A DNA stretch of 49,575 bases from a virus. Lineage: Duplodnaviria; Caudoviricetes. Each line of letters begins with the position of its first letter. Within the stretch, counting starts at the first letter, position 1. The notes under the pieces are model-generated. The model was not told the origin of the DNA. It was given only the letters and a program-made list of their open reading frames with translations, and made no database searches. This document shows, in pieces, positions 16,335 to 25,690 of this stretch. A program made the translations under genes and the position numbers. The stretch is taken from IMG/VR virus record IMGVR_UViG_3300028145_000005, positions 1 through 49,575 of that record; one strand, written 5' to 3'.

Positions 16335-16830
16335 TTCGGTAGGTAAATTCTGCCGGGACTGGTTCAGGGGAGAAGCTCCTTACGTTCTCGTTCTCGCTGG
16401 GCCATCAGGTTGCGGCAAGACTCACGCCATGAAGGGCGCGAATAGGTGGGCCAACCATGCCCGAGTGACCGCAGCCGATCTGAAATACTGGCGGCGTCCA
16501 GCTACAATTCAGTGGACTCAATGGCCTGAGCTTATTCGTGCGATTGTGGAAAATTCGATTCCAATGGCCGATGGGCTGAGCGATTCAATCGAAGCGGACA
16601 TCTTGTTTCTCGACGACATTGGAGCCGAATCTGACAAGTTCAGATCAGCTGAGACAACTGACGCACTTTGTCAGTTGCTGTCTAGGCGGGAAAGGAAATG
16701 GACCTTACTCAGCACTAACTTTCAGCCGGAAACATGGGCAACCAAGTTCGATGTCCGCGTATCGGATCGGCTCCTACGAAATTCGGTACTCTGCGACATA
16801 AACTGCGGAAGTTATTGCATGCAGGTATGA
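16135..16830 (+). CDS. DnaC/IstB-like AAA+ helicase loader
   Basis: Walker A GPSGCGKT, Walker B ILFLDDIG, LLSTN, RVSDRL. Confidence 0.85.
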   Translation: MEIEKSPSTRPIAEIAKVALTATQALTTTRKKTRPESSGGSPKIGNSWTDKWLGLKPWHPEILRLSSSVGKFCRDWFRGEAPYVLVLAGPSGCGKTHAMKGANRWANHARVTAADLKYWRRPATIQWTQWPELIRAIVENSIPMADGLSDSIEADILFLDDIGAESDKFRSAETTDALCQLLSRRERKWTLLSTNFQPETWATKFDVRVSDRLLRNSVLCDINCGSYCMQV

Positions 16831-17633
16831 AAAAATCCACCAAGATAATCATCGGAACCTTAATCGGCCTATCGGCCAGCCTGATCGCTTCCTACTTCCT
16901 GGGCAATTCGCCCGTCGTCGCGCTGGTCCTCGCACTCATAGGCGCGGTCGTGGTCTGCTTGAGTTGGAAGAAGGCGCTTATGCTGCTCTTGGCGGTCAGT
17001 TTTGTCGCCAATGCGGGCGAACCTGAACCCCAGCCGATCCAACCAGCCGCTGGTCCTATCGCCCTGGGCGTTGGCTTGGGGCTGTTGATTGGCTCCGGCT
17101 ACGTCGCGGTTCGGGTTATCCGAGCCTGCGCCAAGAGAAAGTATTATCCGACCAACGCCCCGCCCGAGAGTGCACAGCAGAATTTCGCAGGGTTGGTCTG
17201 CTACAACGATTATTGCATTAGCCCAGCGTCCGAGACCGAACAGCATGGGGTGGTACTGAACGTCATCCTGGAGGACCAAGGCAGCAAAATCACCTCGATT
17301 ACGCATGTGTCGGAGCTTGCGCCATTCGAGACTTGGAATGAGCAATTGGCTCCATGGGGCGTGCAATGGACGGGCAATCCGAATGATGAGCAGTACGCCA
17401 AGGATGGCCAGCCAGCCACAAAAGCCGATGTGCCCTTCTATTTCCTGCCAAGCTGGATTGGTGGCGTGGTTATTCATCCCGAGCAGCCCACGCATTATTT
17501 GGTTCTCCAAGAGAGCCATGACCTGCGCAACTGGCAGAATGTGTTCACTGCTTACGTGCCAGCGGGATTGTCCATCGAGATTTCGGACGAACCGCAAGGC
17601 GAGCAAACCTTTTACCGGCTTGTCAGCCAATGA
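16827..17633 (+). CDS. Membrane/secreted protein with C-terminal SxDLxxW...FYR domain
   Basis: Several N-terminal hydrophobic segments; [13 protein letters not shown]...QTFYRL. Confidence 0.65.
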   Translation: MKKSTKIIIGTLIGLSASLIASYFLGNSPVVALVLALIGAVVVCLSWKKALMLLLAVSFVANAGEPEPQPIQPAAGPIALGVGLGLLIGSGYVAVRVIRACAKRKYYPTNAPPESAQQNFAGLVCYNDYCISPASETEQHGVVLNVILEDQGSKITSITHVSELAPFETWNEQLAPWGVQWTGNPNDEQYAKDGQPATKADVPFYFLPSWIGGVVIHPEQPTHYLVLQESHDLRNWQNVFTAYVPAGLSIEISDEPQGEQTFYRLVSQ

Positions 17634-17872
17634 GGCCGCACACTCAGCATACCGGCCCGCAATCGCTCCGGCGCGGTTTGCCCGCGTCGGTGTGGCCTAA
17701 GAGCAAGTCAGTCGGCCTGCCCTGCCCGACCTGTAGCGGCAATAGTCAAGTGATTGACTCAAGATTAAGCGGCAACGAAATCAGGCGCAGGCGTGTGTGC
17801 CTGTTGTGCGGACGACGCTTCACCACTTACGAGCGATGGCGCGAAGATTTCGTGGTGGATTATCAGATATGA
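17630..17872 (+). CDS. NrdR-like N-terminal zinc-ribbon protein (no ATP cone)
   Basis: CPTC...VIDSR....[18 protein letters not shown]. Confidence 0.8.
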   Translation: MRPHTQHTGPQSLRRGLPASVWPKSKSVGLPCPTCSGNSQVIDSRLSGNEIRRRRVCLLCGRRFTTYERWREDFVVDYQI

Positions 17873-17876
17873 CTTT

Positions 17877-17960
17877 CGCCAATCAGCTGGGCAGCCGACG
17901 CCCTCATACGCCGGGCGTTCCTGGGCTTCACGGAACGAACCTGGGGCCCGCTGGTTGGCG
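17877..17960 (+). ncRNA. Candidate small structured RNA (three-way junction)
   Basis: CGCCAAUCAGC/GCUGGUUGGCG outer stem enclosing two hairpins. Confidence 0.4.
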
Positions 17961-17968
17961 TTGCTAAA

Positions 17969-18172
17969 ATGACCTACGACAGATGTGATGGCTCATTCGT
18001 AATGAAGTGGTGCTTGGGCATAATCGCCGTACTGGTTGCCCTTTGCATAGCCGAGTGGATCGGCAGTTCCTACTTCGAATCGCAGACCTACAACCGCCTA
18101 ACTGGTGCCCACACCACGACCTGGGATGCGATGTGGGTTGAGCTGCGTGTCATGGACGCGCCCGCCAAATGA
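17969..18172 (+). CDS. Small membrane-anchored protein
   Basis: One TM segment, then YNRLTGAHTTTWDAMWVELRV. Confidence 0.65.
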   Translation: MTYDRCDGSFVMKWCLGIIAVLVALCIAEWIGSSYFESQTYNRLTGAHTTTWDAMWVELRVMDAPAK

Positions 18173-18178
18173 TCAAAG

Positions 18179-18349
18179 CTAACCATCTGGAGGACCAAGC
18201 AGCAACATCAGCCCAACCCACAGGCTCCCCCCTCCCAGCGCCCAGCCCAGCGTCCAACTTGGCCACACCCGCCAATAAGCCGGACAGATGATCGTGCTCA
18301 AACATGCAGCTGCGAATACACAGAAGAAGATACCCAGAGCCTTTTTCAC
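18179..18349 (-). CDS. Small two-TM membrane protein
   Basis: GTGA-coupled to the radical SAM stop; two hydrophobic stretches. Confidence 0.45.
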   Translation of the reverse strand: MKKALGIFFCVFAAACLSTIICPAYWRVWPSWTLGWALGGGSLWVGLMLLLGPPDG

Positions 18350-19326
18350 GAGATGGGCCGATAAAGCGTGCAATCCTGACAGACTTTGGGCACGACCGCT
18401 CCATCCTCGAATCGGCGCAACAAGGGCATGATGTTGTCTGGGTGCAGGATCCTTTCCAGCGGGTCCTCATGGATGTTGCCAACGACCAACTCATCGTCCT
18501 CGGTGTCCTTGAACCGGCAGCCGCACAGCCGAATGTTGCCTGAGTGTTCCGCGAAGAATTGGAACAACGCGATACAGGGCACACCCGCCTTCTTCTTGGC
18601 CGGGCGCATGACCATCTGGCCCACCAATTCCTCCGGCTGAATGGCCCCGCCCCAGTTATCGTAGAAATTGGTCTGTTCGAAGGTGAAGTTGGGATAAGTA
18701 AAACAATCCAGGAAATCCTCAGACTTGACCGTCTCCGCGATGGGCCGGCCCGTGCGCAGGAACACATGGATCCGAAGGTTATCATGCCCGCAAAACAGGG
18801 CCAACTTCAGGCCCTTGATCACTTCGTCATAACGATCCACCTGATAGGCTTCCTTATAGGCTTCCCGGGAGAAGCCGCCGATGGATAGGCGTATGAGGTT
18901 GAACGGTTCCAAAAGCTCAGCGCCCCATTTGCGCAAGAGAATCCCGTTGGTGGTCATCTGCAATTCCTCAAAGCCCATACTCTTGGCCATCCGCGCCTTA
19001 GCCAGCAGCCCAGGATCAAGCAGGGGATCGCCCAGGGGCGGGGTGAAGTCCATGACCTTGATGCCCATTTTCCTAGCGTCCCCGGCCAATGCCGCGAAGG
19101 TCTGCATCGACATCATCTGCGCCTTGCGCTCGAACTTATGCTGCCCGCAGAACACGCACCGCGCATTGCAGAAGTTGACGTTGGCAATGTGGATGGCGTT
19201 CCAATCGAAATGCCGCTCAATGCCGCGCCAGAGCCGTTTGCGGTTGATCCGCGCATTCCAATAAAGCAGCCTGTCAGCAAGCCGGGTGGCTTGCCGTTTG
19301 GCTAGGAGCAAACTGCGAAGGAACAT
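18346..19326 (-). CDS. Radical SAM enzyme with SPASM/twitch domain
   Basis: CNARCVFC, GDPLL, TTNGILL; C-terminal PC...GNIRLCGC...VGNI...CQDC. The start could extend to 19389. Confidence 0.9.
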   Translation of the reverse strand: MFLRSLLLAKRQATRLADRLLYWNARINRKRLWRGIERHFDWNAIHIANVNFCNARCVFCGQHKFERKAQMMSMQTFAALAGDARKMGIKVMDFTPPLGDPLLDPGLLAKARMAKSMGFEELQMTTNGILLRKWGAELLEPFNLIRLSIGGFSREAYKEAYQVDRYDEVIKGLKLALFCGHDNLRIHVFLRTGRPIAETVKSEDFLDCFTYPNFTFEQTNFYDNWGGAIQPEELVGQMVMRPAKKKAGVPCIALFQFFAEHSGNIRLCGCRFKDTEDDELVVGNIHEDPLERILHPDNIMPLLRRFEDGAVVPKVCQDCTLYRPIS

Positions 19327-19450
19327 TATATGTCCAGAAATCGCTTCTTCAAATTGGATTGGCTGATGATCGAATTGCGCATCATTCAAGCCCTCATGCT
19401 TGGCGCAATGCTGATTGGGCTAATCGTCATTAACCGGCCCAAAAAGAAGC

Positions 19451-19636
19451 CTACAAATACCGGGCCGCCCCCCGTTTCCGTTGAGCGTGACGCGCATGGC
19501 TCGTCTCGCTAGGTAATGCCTTACCCGTCGCGTAAGATTGATGCGTGGATGCTTGGCACACCGCGTACGGATTGACGTGACCACCCTTGGCTTTGACCTT
19601 TTGCACACAACGATAAACTCGCGTTCCGACTGGCAT
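19451..19636 (-). CDS. Small basic phage protein
   Basis: RCVQKV...NPYAVCQAS. Confidence 0.6.
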   Translation of the reverse strand: MPVGTRVYRCVQKVKAKGGHVNPYAVCQASTHQSYATGKALPSETSHARHAQRKRGAARYL

Positions 19637-19640
19637 AAAA

Positions 19641-19829
19641 TCAGTGGTACTTTGGGTTGAGGTTGGGGTTCATCGAGCCGTGGACCTTGCGCAGATTCGG
19701 GTTGCGCTTCTTCGCGGCTGGACTCGCCTTGCGCGCACCAGCGGCCAGGATCGCACCGGCCCGTTCCATCGAATAACCTTCACGCTTCGCAATGCTTCGT
19801 TGTGCTGCTTTGAAGCCCATTCCCTTCAT
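19641..19829 (-). CDS. Small basic phage protein
   Basis: GFKAAQRSIAKREGYSMERAGAILAAGARKASPAAKKRNPNLRKV. Confidence 0.75.
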   Translation of the reverse strand: MKGMGFKAAQRSIAKREGYSMERAGAILAAGARKASPAAKKRNPNLRKVHGSMNPNLNPKYH

Positions 19830-19833
19830 AATT

Positions 19834-22800
19834 TTACCTTTCGTTTGTGTTTGTTTGAGGTTGCTGCGGTCGAAGACCCCGTTGCTGCCACACTTCCAAA
19901 AATAACCGCCATTTCTTTTGCCGATCCTTTAGTGCCGCATCATAAACGGCTCGCTGCTCCGGCGTCAGCGTTTCTAGGAACTTGTTCTCTAGCGCGTGCG
20001 ATTCCTGAAAGAGCGGTTTTATTCTGAACTCAAATGTCCTGAGGTTTTCCGTGTAAGGCCGCATGCGCTTAACGATATCTGAATCCTTACGAACCTGGGA
20101 CCGCACTTCCTGGATGGCTTCGGCCAATGCTTTCTTGTCGTTGTCCAGCAACGCTTGGTCTATCAGTTTGTATTTACTCGCCGGATAGGTCGCCGCTTCG
20201 TTGCGTTCGTAATCCGCTTTGATAAACGGATCTTTGTTGTCGGCAAGCCATTGGCCATGAAGCGTTCGGATTTTGTCCAGAGATGTAGTTCCGCGCTGTG
20301 CCTTAACGCCAAAAGCACCGCTCAGAGAAACACCAAGTTGCGTAGCCGCTCCGGTCTTTTTCTCTTTGCCTTCAAGGTAGGCATTAACCAGCGGATTTAA
20401 CTGCTTGAGCGCAGCCTTGATGTTCTCGCCGTAATCCTTCGGGTTGTCCGACTCCTTATACATGGCCGGGGTGTAGCCAGTCTGAGCCACGAATGGTGCT
20501 GTCACTGCTGGACCTGTCCAAGGGTGAATGACGCCACCAACTATATCTTTCAACGCTTGCTGCGTAATCTTGCCCGCACTTTTGCCTTCCTTTAGTCCCT
20601 CAATGACCGCCTGAGCCCCGGAGATACGCAGCCCACGCCGTAATCCGGTCCATTGTGCGGGATCGATCACGATGTGCCTGCCGCCTTCCGCGTCCTTTCC
20701 GGTATCAATCTGGCCCGTCTTAGTGCCGTCTCTGCCATTGGGGCTGCCAGTGATCAAGTAATTGATCAAGGCTGGAATGGCAAAAAGAGTGGCAGCGGTT
20801 CCCAGGAAATTGATCGCTCGCATCTGAGCGGCAGCAGCAGGGCTGGATGCTTCAATTCCAGGATCAAGGGTAAGTCGGCGTCTGGCCATTCGGTTGAAAT
20901 TGCGTCCAGCCACAATAAAAGGAGAGAACCCGGCTTCCTTAAAGAATCTCTGGAACTGGCCCATCAGCCGACCGTTGTATTGGCCCATCTGGTTGATCCA
21001 TTCACGACGATTGGCTGGCGTATCTTCAACCAGTCCTCGTTGGACCAGATTCTTATACAGATTGTCCCGCACTAAGCGCCCGGATTTATCCACCATGCCG
21101 ATCAGCTTCTGATTGAAAGCGAATCGGGAAGCTTCCCGCTCCGATCTCAATGCTCCAATGTCAGCAATCTCAGCCAATTGTTTTTGTATCTCTGGCGTGT
21201 CTCGCAGGACTCTGATGGAACTAGCCACCACTCGACCAATCGCATCGGCGACGTTAACTCCGGGCAATGCCCTGGCCACATCAACAAGGACGCCCTTGCC
21301 TCCCTGAGAGCCAGCAATCGATCCGAGCATGTTGGCTGTATGCCAAACAGCATCGGTTGGACCTGCCAATTGGATTCTGTTCAGCAGATTGGCCGCCAGC
21401 ACGAGGCCAGATTTTTGCACCGGCCCATCTACGTTCAGGGCTTGGCGCACTTCCTGGGCTATATCGGCCCGCACCCAAAGATTCTTCACGTAGGTCCGAG
21501 CCTTTCCGCCACCAGCAGGAACTCCCTTGCGTTCGATTTGGAATTTGACCGCAGGCTTGCCGCCAATCTCTGGGCGCGGTTCGTTCGGATCAAGAATCTG
21601 GCCCAAACCGTCTTTCACCAACTGAGCGTACATCTTGCGCTTGGCTGATTCTTCGAAGTTCCCTTCGATCATGCGCTGGGCAATTGTGCGGTAATCCAGT
21701 TCGTAATTCTGTGCCGATCCAGTGGCTTTCTGGCTGAAGCGAGAAGGCCGACGAAGCGGGTTAGTAAGATTACCACGCGATGCCCCGCCTCCGATTAGAT
21801 TGCCCGTTCCGTCTTCGAAGATGGCCTTTAGATTGACGAACGCGCCGGTGTTGAGGCCGGGTCCAGCGAAGGTGCCCCCGGCCGCCTTGTGGGCCGCCCT
21901 AGCAACTGGCTGAACAATTTCCTTGTGCCGAGCAATGGCGGCTTGAATCTCGGGATCAGCCAAGGCAGCCTGAAAATCTGCTTCAGTCTTGAACGGAGAG
22001 CCTTCCTTTCCGATGATGCTGTTGACTAGATCGGAAGAGCCGCTCTTTTGGAGTGCATCCTGTATGCCGCGCAATCGGTCTTCCACCAGCACCGCCCCGA
22101 GCTTAGTGCCGAAATCGTAGTCTTTGTAGTGCTCGCCCAGCACCTCGGTCGCCATGCTCTTTGCCACTAATGGCGCGGCGATCTTGGACGAAGCGTATCT
22201 GACTAGGGCGTCACCTGACCCAATTGCGCGTCGGCTGGTTATCGGCGCAGACTTGCCAGCTAGTTGCGCAGAAACGTCCCCCAGTTTTTGAGGGATGTCC
22301 GAAATGAAATCGACCGCTTCCGCGACGTGCGGCGTTGCCTTCGTGACCAGTGCCTTGATCGGCTCCAACGATACCGCGCCTACTTCACCGCCAGCCAAGC
22401 CCTCTGGGCCACGGACGGACGCAGCGATGCCTTTAGGCGCGGCCCCTGGAGTCGGTGCTGGTTCGGGCGGTGGGGCCACTGGAGCGGGCTCAGGTGGTGG
22501 CGTGGGAACGGTCGGCTCTGGCGGTGCCTCCAGCTGTACTGCCGCTGGCCCTGTCTCTTTGAGGGCCTCGGTTGCTCTCGGCAGCATCCTTTCGACAGGG
22601 CTGCGTGCCACCGTCTGGCGAGCGCCATGGTAAACGTACGTGGCCAACTGTGCTAGATCGGTGACAGCCGAAGCGATCTTCTCTGGATCCTTGGCATCAA
22701 TCGCATCGGATAATTGCGCGATAGCTTCCGGTGCTTGACTAGCCATTTGGGCAGTAATCACACCTGACGCTATTTTTCCGACCACAGCTGGCGCAGCGGC

Positions 22801-23235
22801 TAAGCCCAGCGTTGCCAGCATCGGAACGCTCGTCATGCTCTCGGCCCCGCGCAAAAGCGACTGTTGCGCTCCGGCAACCGATTTGGCCAATACGTCTGGT
22901 GGCCGTTGTGGGCCGTAAAGCAACCGTTCAGCGTCCTCTTGGCCCAATTCCGGGGACGCGGCAGCTAGGTAATCCATCGCGTCCATCACCGTCTGTGGCG
23001 TGACACCAAGCGTCTTTGCCAATGGAAGCAGCGGAGCAAATAGATCGGGCCTAATCGGCGTTGGAGCAACCAGCCTTCTTATATCGGCGGGCGTTTCCAG
23101 AACGGGCCCGGCCACGTTCGCTTGGTCAATGGAAGCGAAAGGCTCCGGTCCAATGGGTACGGTAGGGGTCGCGTCCCCTTCGAACGCATAATCCTCATCG
23201 GACAAAGTGCTCGGATAAATCGGCAGGACAGCCAT
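19834..23235 (-). CDS. Large internal virion / DNA ejection protein
   Basis: 1133 aa, helical and Ala-rich; last of three genes after the adaptor, as in podovirus ejection clusters. Confidence 0.6.
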   Translation of the reverse strand: MAVLPIYPSTLSDEDYAFEGDATPTVPIGPEPFASIDQANVAGPVLETPADIRRLVAPTPIRPDLFAPLLPLAKTLGVTPQTVMDAMDYLAAASPELGQEDAERLLYGPQRPPDVLAKSVAGAQQSLLRGAESMTSVPMLATLGLAAAPAVVGKIASGVITAQMASQAPEAIAQLSDAIDAKDPEKIASAVTDLAQLATYVYHGARQTVARSPVERMLPRATEALKETGPAAVQLEAPPEPTVPTPPPEPAPVAPPPEPAPTPGAAPKGIAASVRGPEGLAGGEVGAVSLEPIKALVTKATPHVAEAVDFISDIPQKLGDVSAQLAGKSAPITSRRAIGSGDALVRYASSKIAAPLVAKSMATEVLGEHYKDYDFGTKLGAVLVEDRLRGIQDALQKSGSSDLVNSIIGKEGSPFKTEADFQAALADPEIQAAIARHKEIVQPVARAAHKAAGGTFAGPGLNTGAFVNLKAIFEDGTGNLIGGGASRGNLTNPLRRPSRFSQKATGSAQNYELDYRTIAQRMIEGNFEESAKRKMYAQLVKDGLGQILDPNEPRPEIGGKPAVKFQIERKGVPAGGGKARTYVKNLWVRADIAQEVRQALNVDGPVQKSGLVLAANLLNRIQLAGPTDAVWHTANMLGSIAGSQGGKGVLVDVARALPGVNVADAIGRVVASSIRVLRDTPEIQKQLAEIADIGALRSEREASRFAFNQKLIGMVDKSGRLVRDNLYKNLVQRGLVEDTPANRREWINQMGQYNGRLMGQFQRFFKEAGFSPFIVAGRNFNRMARRRLTLDPGIEASSPAAAAQMRAINFLGTAATLFAIPALINYLITGSPNGRDGTKTGQIDTGKDAEGGRHIVIDPAQWTGLRRGLRISGAQAVIEGLKEGKSAGKITQQALKDIVGGVIHPWTGPAVTAPFVAQTGYTPAMYKESDNPKDYGENIKAALKQLNPLVNAYLEGKEKKTGAATQLGVSLSGAFGVKAQRGTTSLDKIRTLHGQWLADNKDPFIKADYERNEAATYPASKYKLIDQALLDNDKKALAEAIQEVRSQVRKDSDIVKRMRPYTENLRTFEFRIKPLFQESHALENKFLETLTPEQRAVYDAALKDRQKKWRLFLEVWQQRGLRPQQPQTNTNER

Positions 23236-24092
23236 TACTCTTCCTCAGTGCTGGCGGCAGCGGCTTCGGCTTCTGCTGGTGTGGCTTCAGGCAACGGTGC
23301 GAATGCGGAGGCTGGCGCAGCCGGGCCTGTGGTCATTTTCTTCAGCTCAGCCATGATGTCATCGCGCTCTTTCTTTAGGGTCGGCTTTTCCTCTGGGGCT
23401 GCGTCTTCTATTTGTCCCCTGATGATCATGAGCCGTGCCGCCAAGGCTCGGACTTTGCCTTCTGGTGACAATCCCTCTCGTGGGAGCATGTGCACGCCGC
23501 CCCTCGCTCCTGGGATAGCTCGTGCCCCGAGCGGATTGCCCTGCTCGTCCAGAACCTGTCTAGCAGTAATCGGTCCACCAGGAACACCGAGGCTTTGCGG
23601 CGGATAACTGACGGCTCCAGTGCGCGGGTTCACCATGTATTCCTGCCCAGATGGCGTCCAACCGGGTTGAGGCGCTTCGGGTGGTGTTACAGCACGAATG
23701 GATTGGGCGATAGACTGGGGATGGCGATAGAGAACCCTGGGCGCTAGTTCCGGCCACACCTTTTCGAAAGGTTCTCCCGCAGCCGTTCGCTTTTGCAGTT
23801 CGTTCATGGCCTGCGATTGAATGGCCGCTTCGGCCGCTGCGCGTTGATCCTTTTCCTGCTGAAGCCTTAATTGCTGCTCCCAATGCTGAACCAGAGCCTG
23901 CTGCTGTTGTTGCCGGTACGCGTTAAGTTCAGCCGCTTGTTGCGCGGCCAGTTCCTGCTGTTGTGCCCGAGCCGCCGCTTGGTTCTGGGCTTCTGCGGCA
24001 GCTAGACCGCTGCGATAGCCTTCCAGCAACCGCCCCACTGGAGCGGTGGGATCTACATTGAGCCACGGAGGTATTTCGACGGGCCCGGCCAT
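23235..24092 (-). CDS. Putative internal virion / ejection protein
   Basis: Gln/Ala coiled coil; position in the cluster. Confidence 0.55.
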   Translation of the reverse strand: MAGPVEIPPWLNVDPTAPVGRLLEGYRSGLAAAEAQNQAAARAQQQELAAQQAAELNAYRQQQQQALVQHWEQQLRLQQEKDQRAAAEAAIQSQAMNELQKRTAAGEPFEKVWPELAPRVLYRHPQSIAQSIRAVTPPEAPQPGWTPSGQEYMVNPRTGAVSYPPQSLGVPGGPITARQVLDEQGNPLGARAIPGARGGVHMLPREGLSPEGKVRALAARLMIIRGQIEDAAPEEKPTLKKERDDIMAELKKMTTGPAAPASAFAPLPEATPAEAEAAAASTEEE

Positions 24093-24095
24093 AAG

Positions 24096-25112
24096 TTAAA
24101 ACATGAAATTCTCTTGTTGGTCCTGCCCACTCAGATCCTCTGGCATGGCAAGTGGGAAATCCCACAGGTTCTGCAAGTTGTCGTAGTAACCGGGCCCACC
24201 GGCCAGTGGCGGTCCCTCTCCAGGCAACCCGCCAACGTTGGCTGGCAATCCCCGTTGGACTCCAAACGAATCAAGCCAGTCTCCACCGCCGCCCCGCTTA
24301 TTGAAGAAATCCGAGGAGCCCAGCGGAGGCGCTGGACCGCCCAGCGTGGCGGCAACTGGCCGCGCCATCGGATTAAACCAGTTATAGCCAGCACCAGCGT
24401 TGAATCCGCGATTAAGCCCAGATAATGCATCAGCGCGGGCGCGGCCATAAGCCGCTTCAGGAATCGGCGCTGACCCATAAATCTTCCTCATCAAATCGTT
24501 CCATTGCTGGTCACTGTACTGAGGAATCAACCTACCAATGTCGTAGGGAGCCACCTTGGGAATCAGATTCTGGATCGCGCCCTGATCCTGTAACGCCTGC
24601 TGTTGCACCGCGTAGGAACTGCCCAGCACGTCACGAGCAAGTTTGCTGGCGGCTGCCGGTCCACCCGCCACGCCGCTGCCAATGCCCCACTCGCCTGCTG
24701 CCTGCCCCAATTGCGGTAATAGATCGCTAATGTTGCCCTTAGCCCGATTGGCTACATTGCCCATGAGCGTATTGAGCGTATCGAAGTAGCTCGAAGGATA
24801 CTGATTGCGCAGGGCTGCGTTCTCAGCACCCGTGACGCCGCTGATAATCGGGCCCAAGTTGCCCAAGTTGCCCGAGATAGCGGCGATCAGGTTGGCCAAC
24901 GATTCACCGGGGCTCGTAATGTTGGGAATGCCCCCCGAAGCCGGATTGTAAGTTCCAGGGATTGCTCCACCGCCAGCACCGCCGCCTGCTCCGACTGCTG
25001 GGCCCGGTGCCGGCGCGACCGCTCCGATGTTGATTGGCATCGGTGCCCAGCCTGCCAGATTCCTGGCCCAGTTCGCTTGGTTTCCACCGCCAAATGGTGT
25101 TGCTGATGCCAT
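24096..25112 (-). CDS. Gly-rich putative DNA ejection/pilot protein
   Basis: Probable start MASATPFGGG at 25112; Gly/Ala/Gln-rich. Confidence 0.55.
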   Translation of the reverse strand: MASATPFGGGNQANWARNLAGWAPMPINIGAVAPAPGPAVGAGGGAGGGAIPGTYNPASGGIPNITSPGESLANLIAAISGNLGNLGPIISGVTGAENAALRNQYPSSYFDTLNTLMGNVANRAKGNISDLLPQLGQAAGEWGIGSGVAGGPAAASKLARDVLGSSYAVQQQALQDQGAIQNLIPKVAPYDIGRLIPQYSDQQWNDLMRKIYGSAPIPEAAYGRARADALSGLNRGFNAGAGYNWFNPMARPVAATLGGPAPPLGSSDFFNKRGGGGDWLDSFGVQRGLPANVGGLPGEGPPLAGGPGYYDNLQNLWDFPLAMPEDLSGQDQQENFMF

Positions 25113-25165
25113 GATTAAGTGATTTTGTACGTGCCAATCATCTGGTCTTGATCCAATAATTCGGC

Positions 25166-25690
25166 ATGACTGTTTCCGAGAGTTCCGCAATCGCACGCGC
25201 TGTCCACGAAGCAAACTCTAATAATCCGATTCTTCGCGCACGTCGTTTTTGGGCAAAGGTGGACATCCGAGAGCCGAACGAATGCTGGAATTGGATGCGG
25301 TGCCTTACCACAAAAGGTTATGGAATGCTGACGATAAAGCACAAGTTCAGGGCTGCACATCGCGTCGCTTTTGAATTCAGTTTTGGCATAAGCCCCGAAG
25401 GGATGTGTGTTTGCCACAAATGCGATAACCCAAAGTGCTGCAATCCAAGTCATCTTTTTCTTGGCACCCTCAGCGATAATTCTCGTGACGCAGCCCAAAA
25501 AGGACACATGGGCAAAACAAAGGGCGAACGCCATCACATGACGACACTTACTGAGTCTCAGGTTAGGGAAATTAGGAGGCTTTACGCAACTGGAAGTTGG
25601 ACCCAAAAACAACTTGCAAGTCAATTTCGCGTTTGCGGTGGAACCGTCTCTAACATCACAACTCGTAGATATTGGAGGCATCTATTGTAA
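25166..25690 (+). CDS. HNH endonuclease (HNH_3-type) with C-terminal HTH, antisense to the late operon
   Basis: FWAKVD...CWNW...GYG...AHRVAF...[24 protein letters not shown]; [11 protein letters not shown]...TQKQLASQF. Confidence 0.9.
   Translation: MTVSESSAIARAVHEANSNNPILRARRFWAKVDIREPNECWNWMRCLTTKGYGMLTIKHKFRAAHRVAFEFSFGISPEGMCVCHKCDNPKCCNPSHLFLGTLSDNSRDAAQKGHMGKTKGERHHMTTLTESQVREIRRLYATGSWTQKQLASQFRVCGGTVSNITTRRYWRHLL

Noticed and set aside
16869-17630. 253-aa minus-strand ORF
   Set aside because: Antisense shadow of the membrane protein gene
19330-19512. Plus-strand 60-aa ORF with a hydrophobic stretch, divergent from the radical SAM gene
   Set aside because: Overlaps a more credible minus-strand gene; cannot be supported, though not excluded
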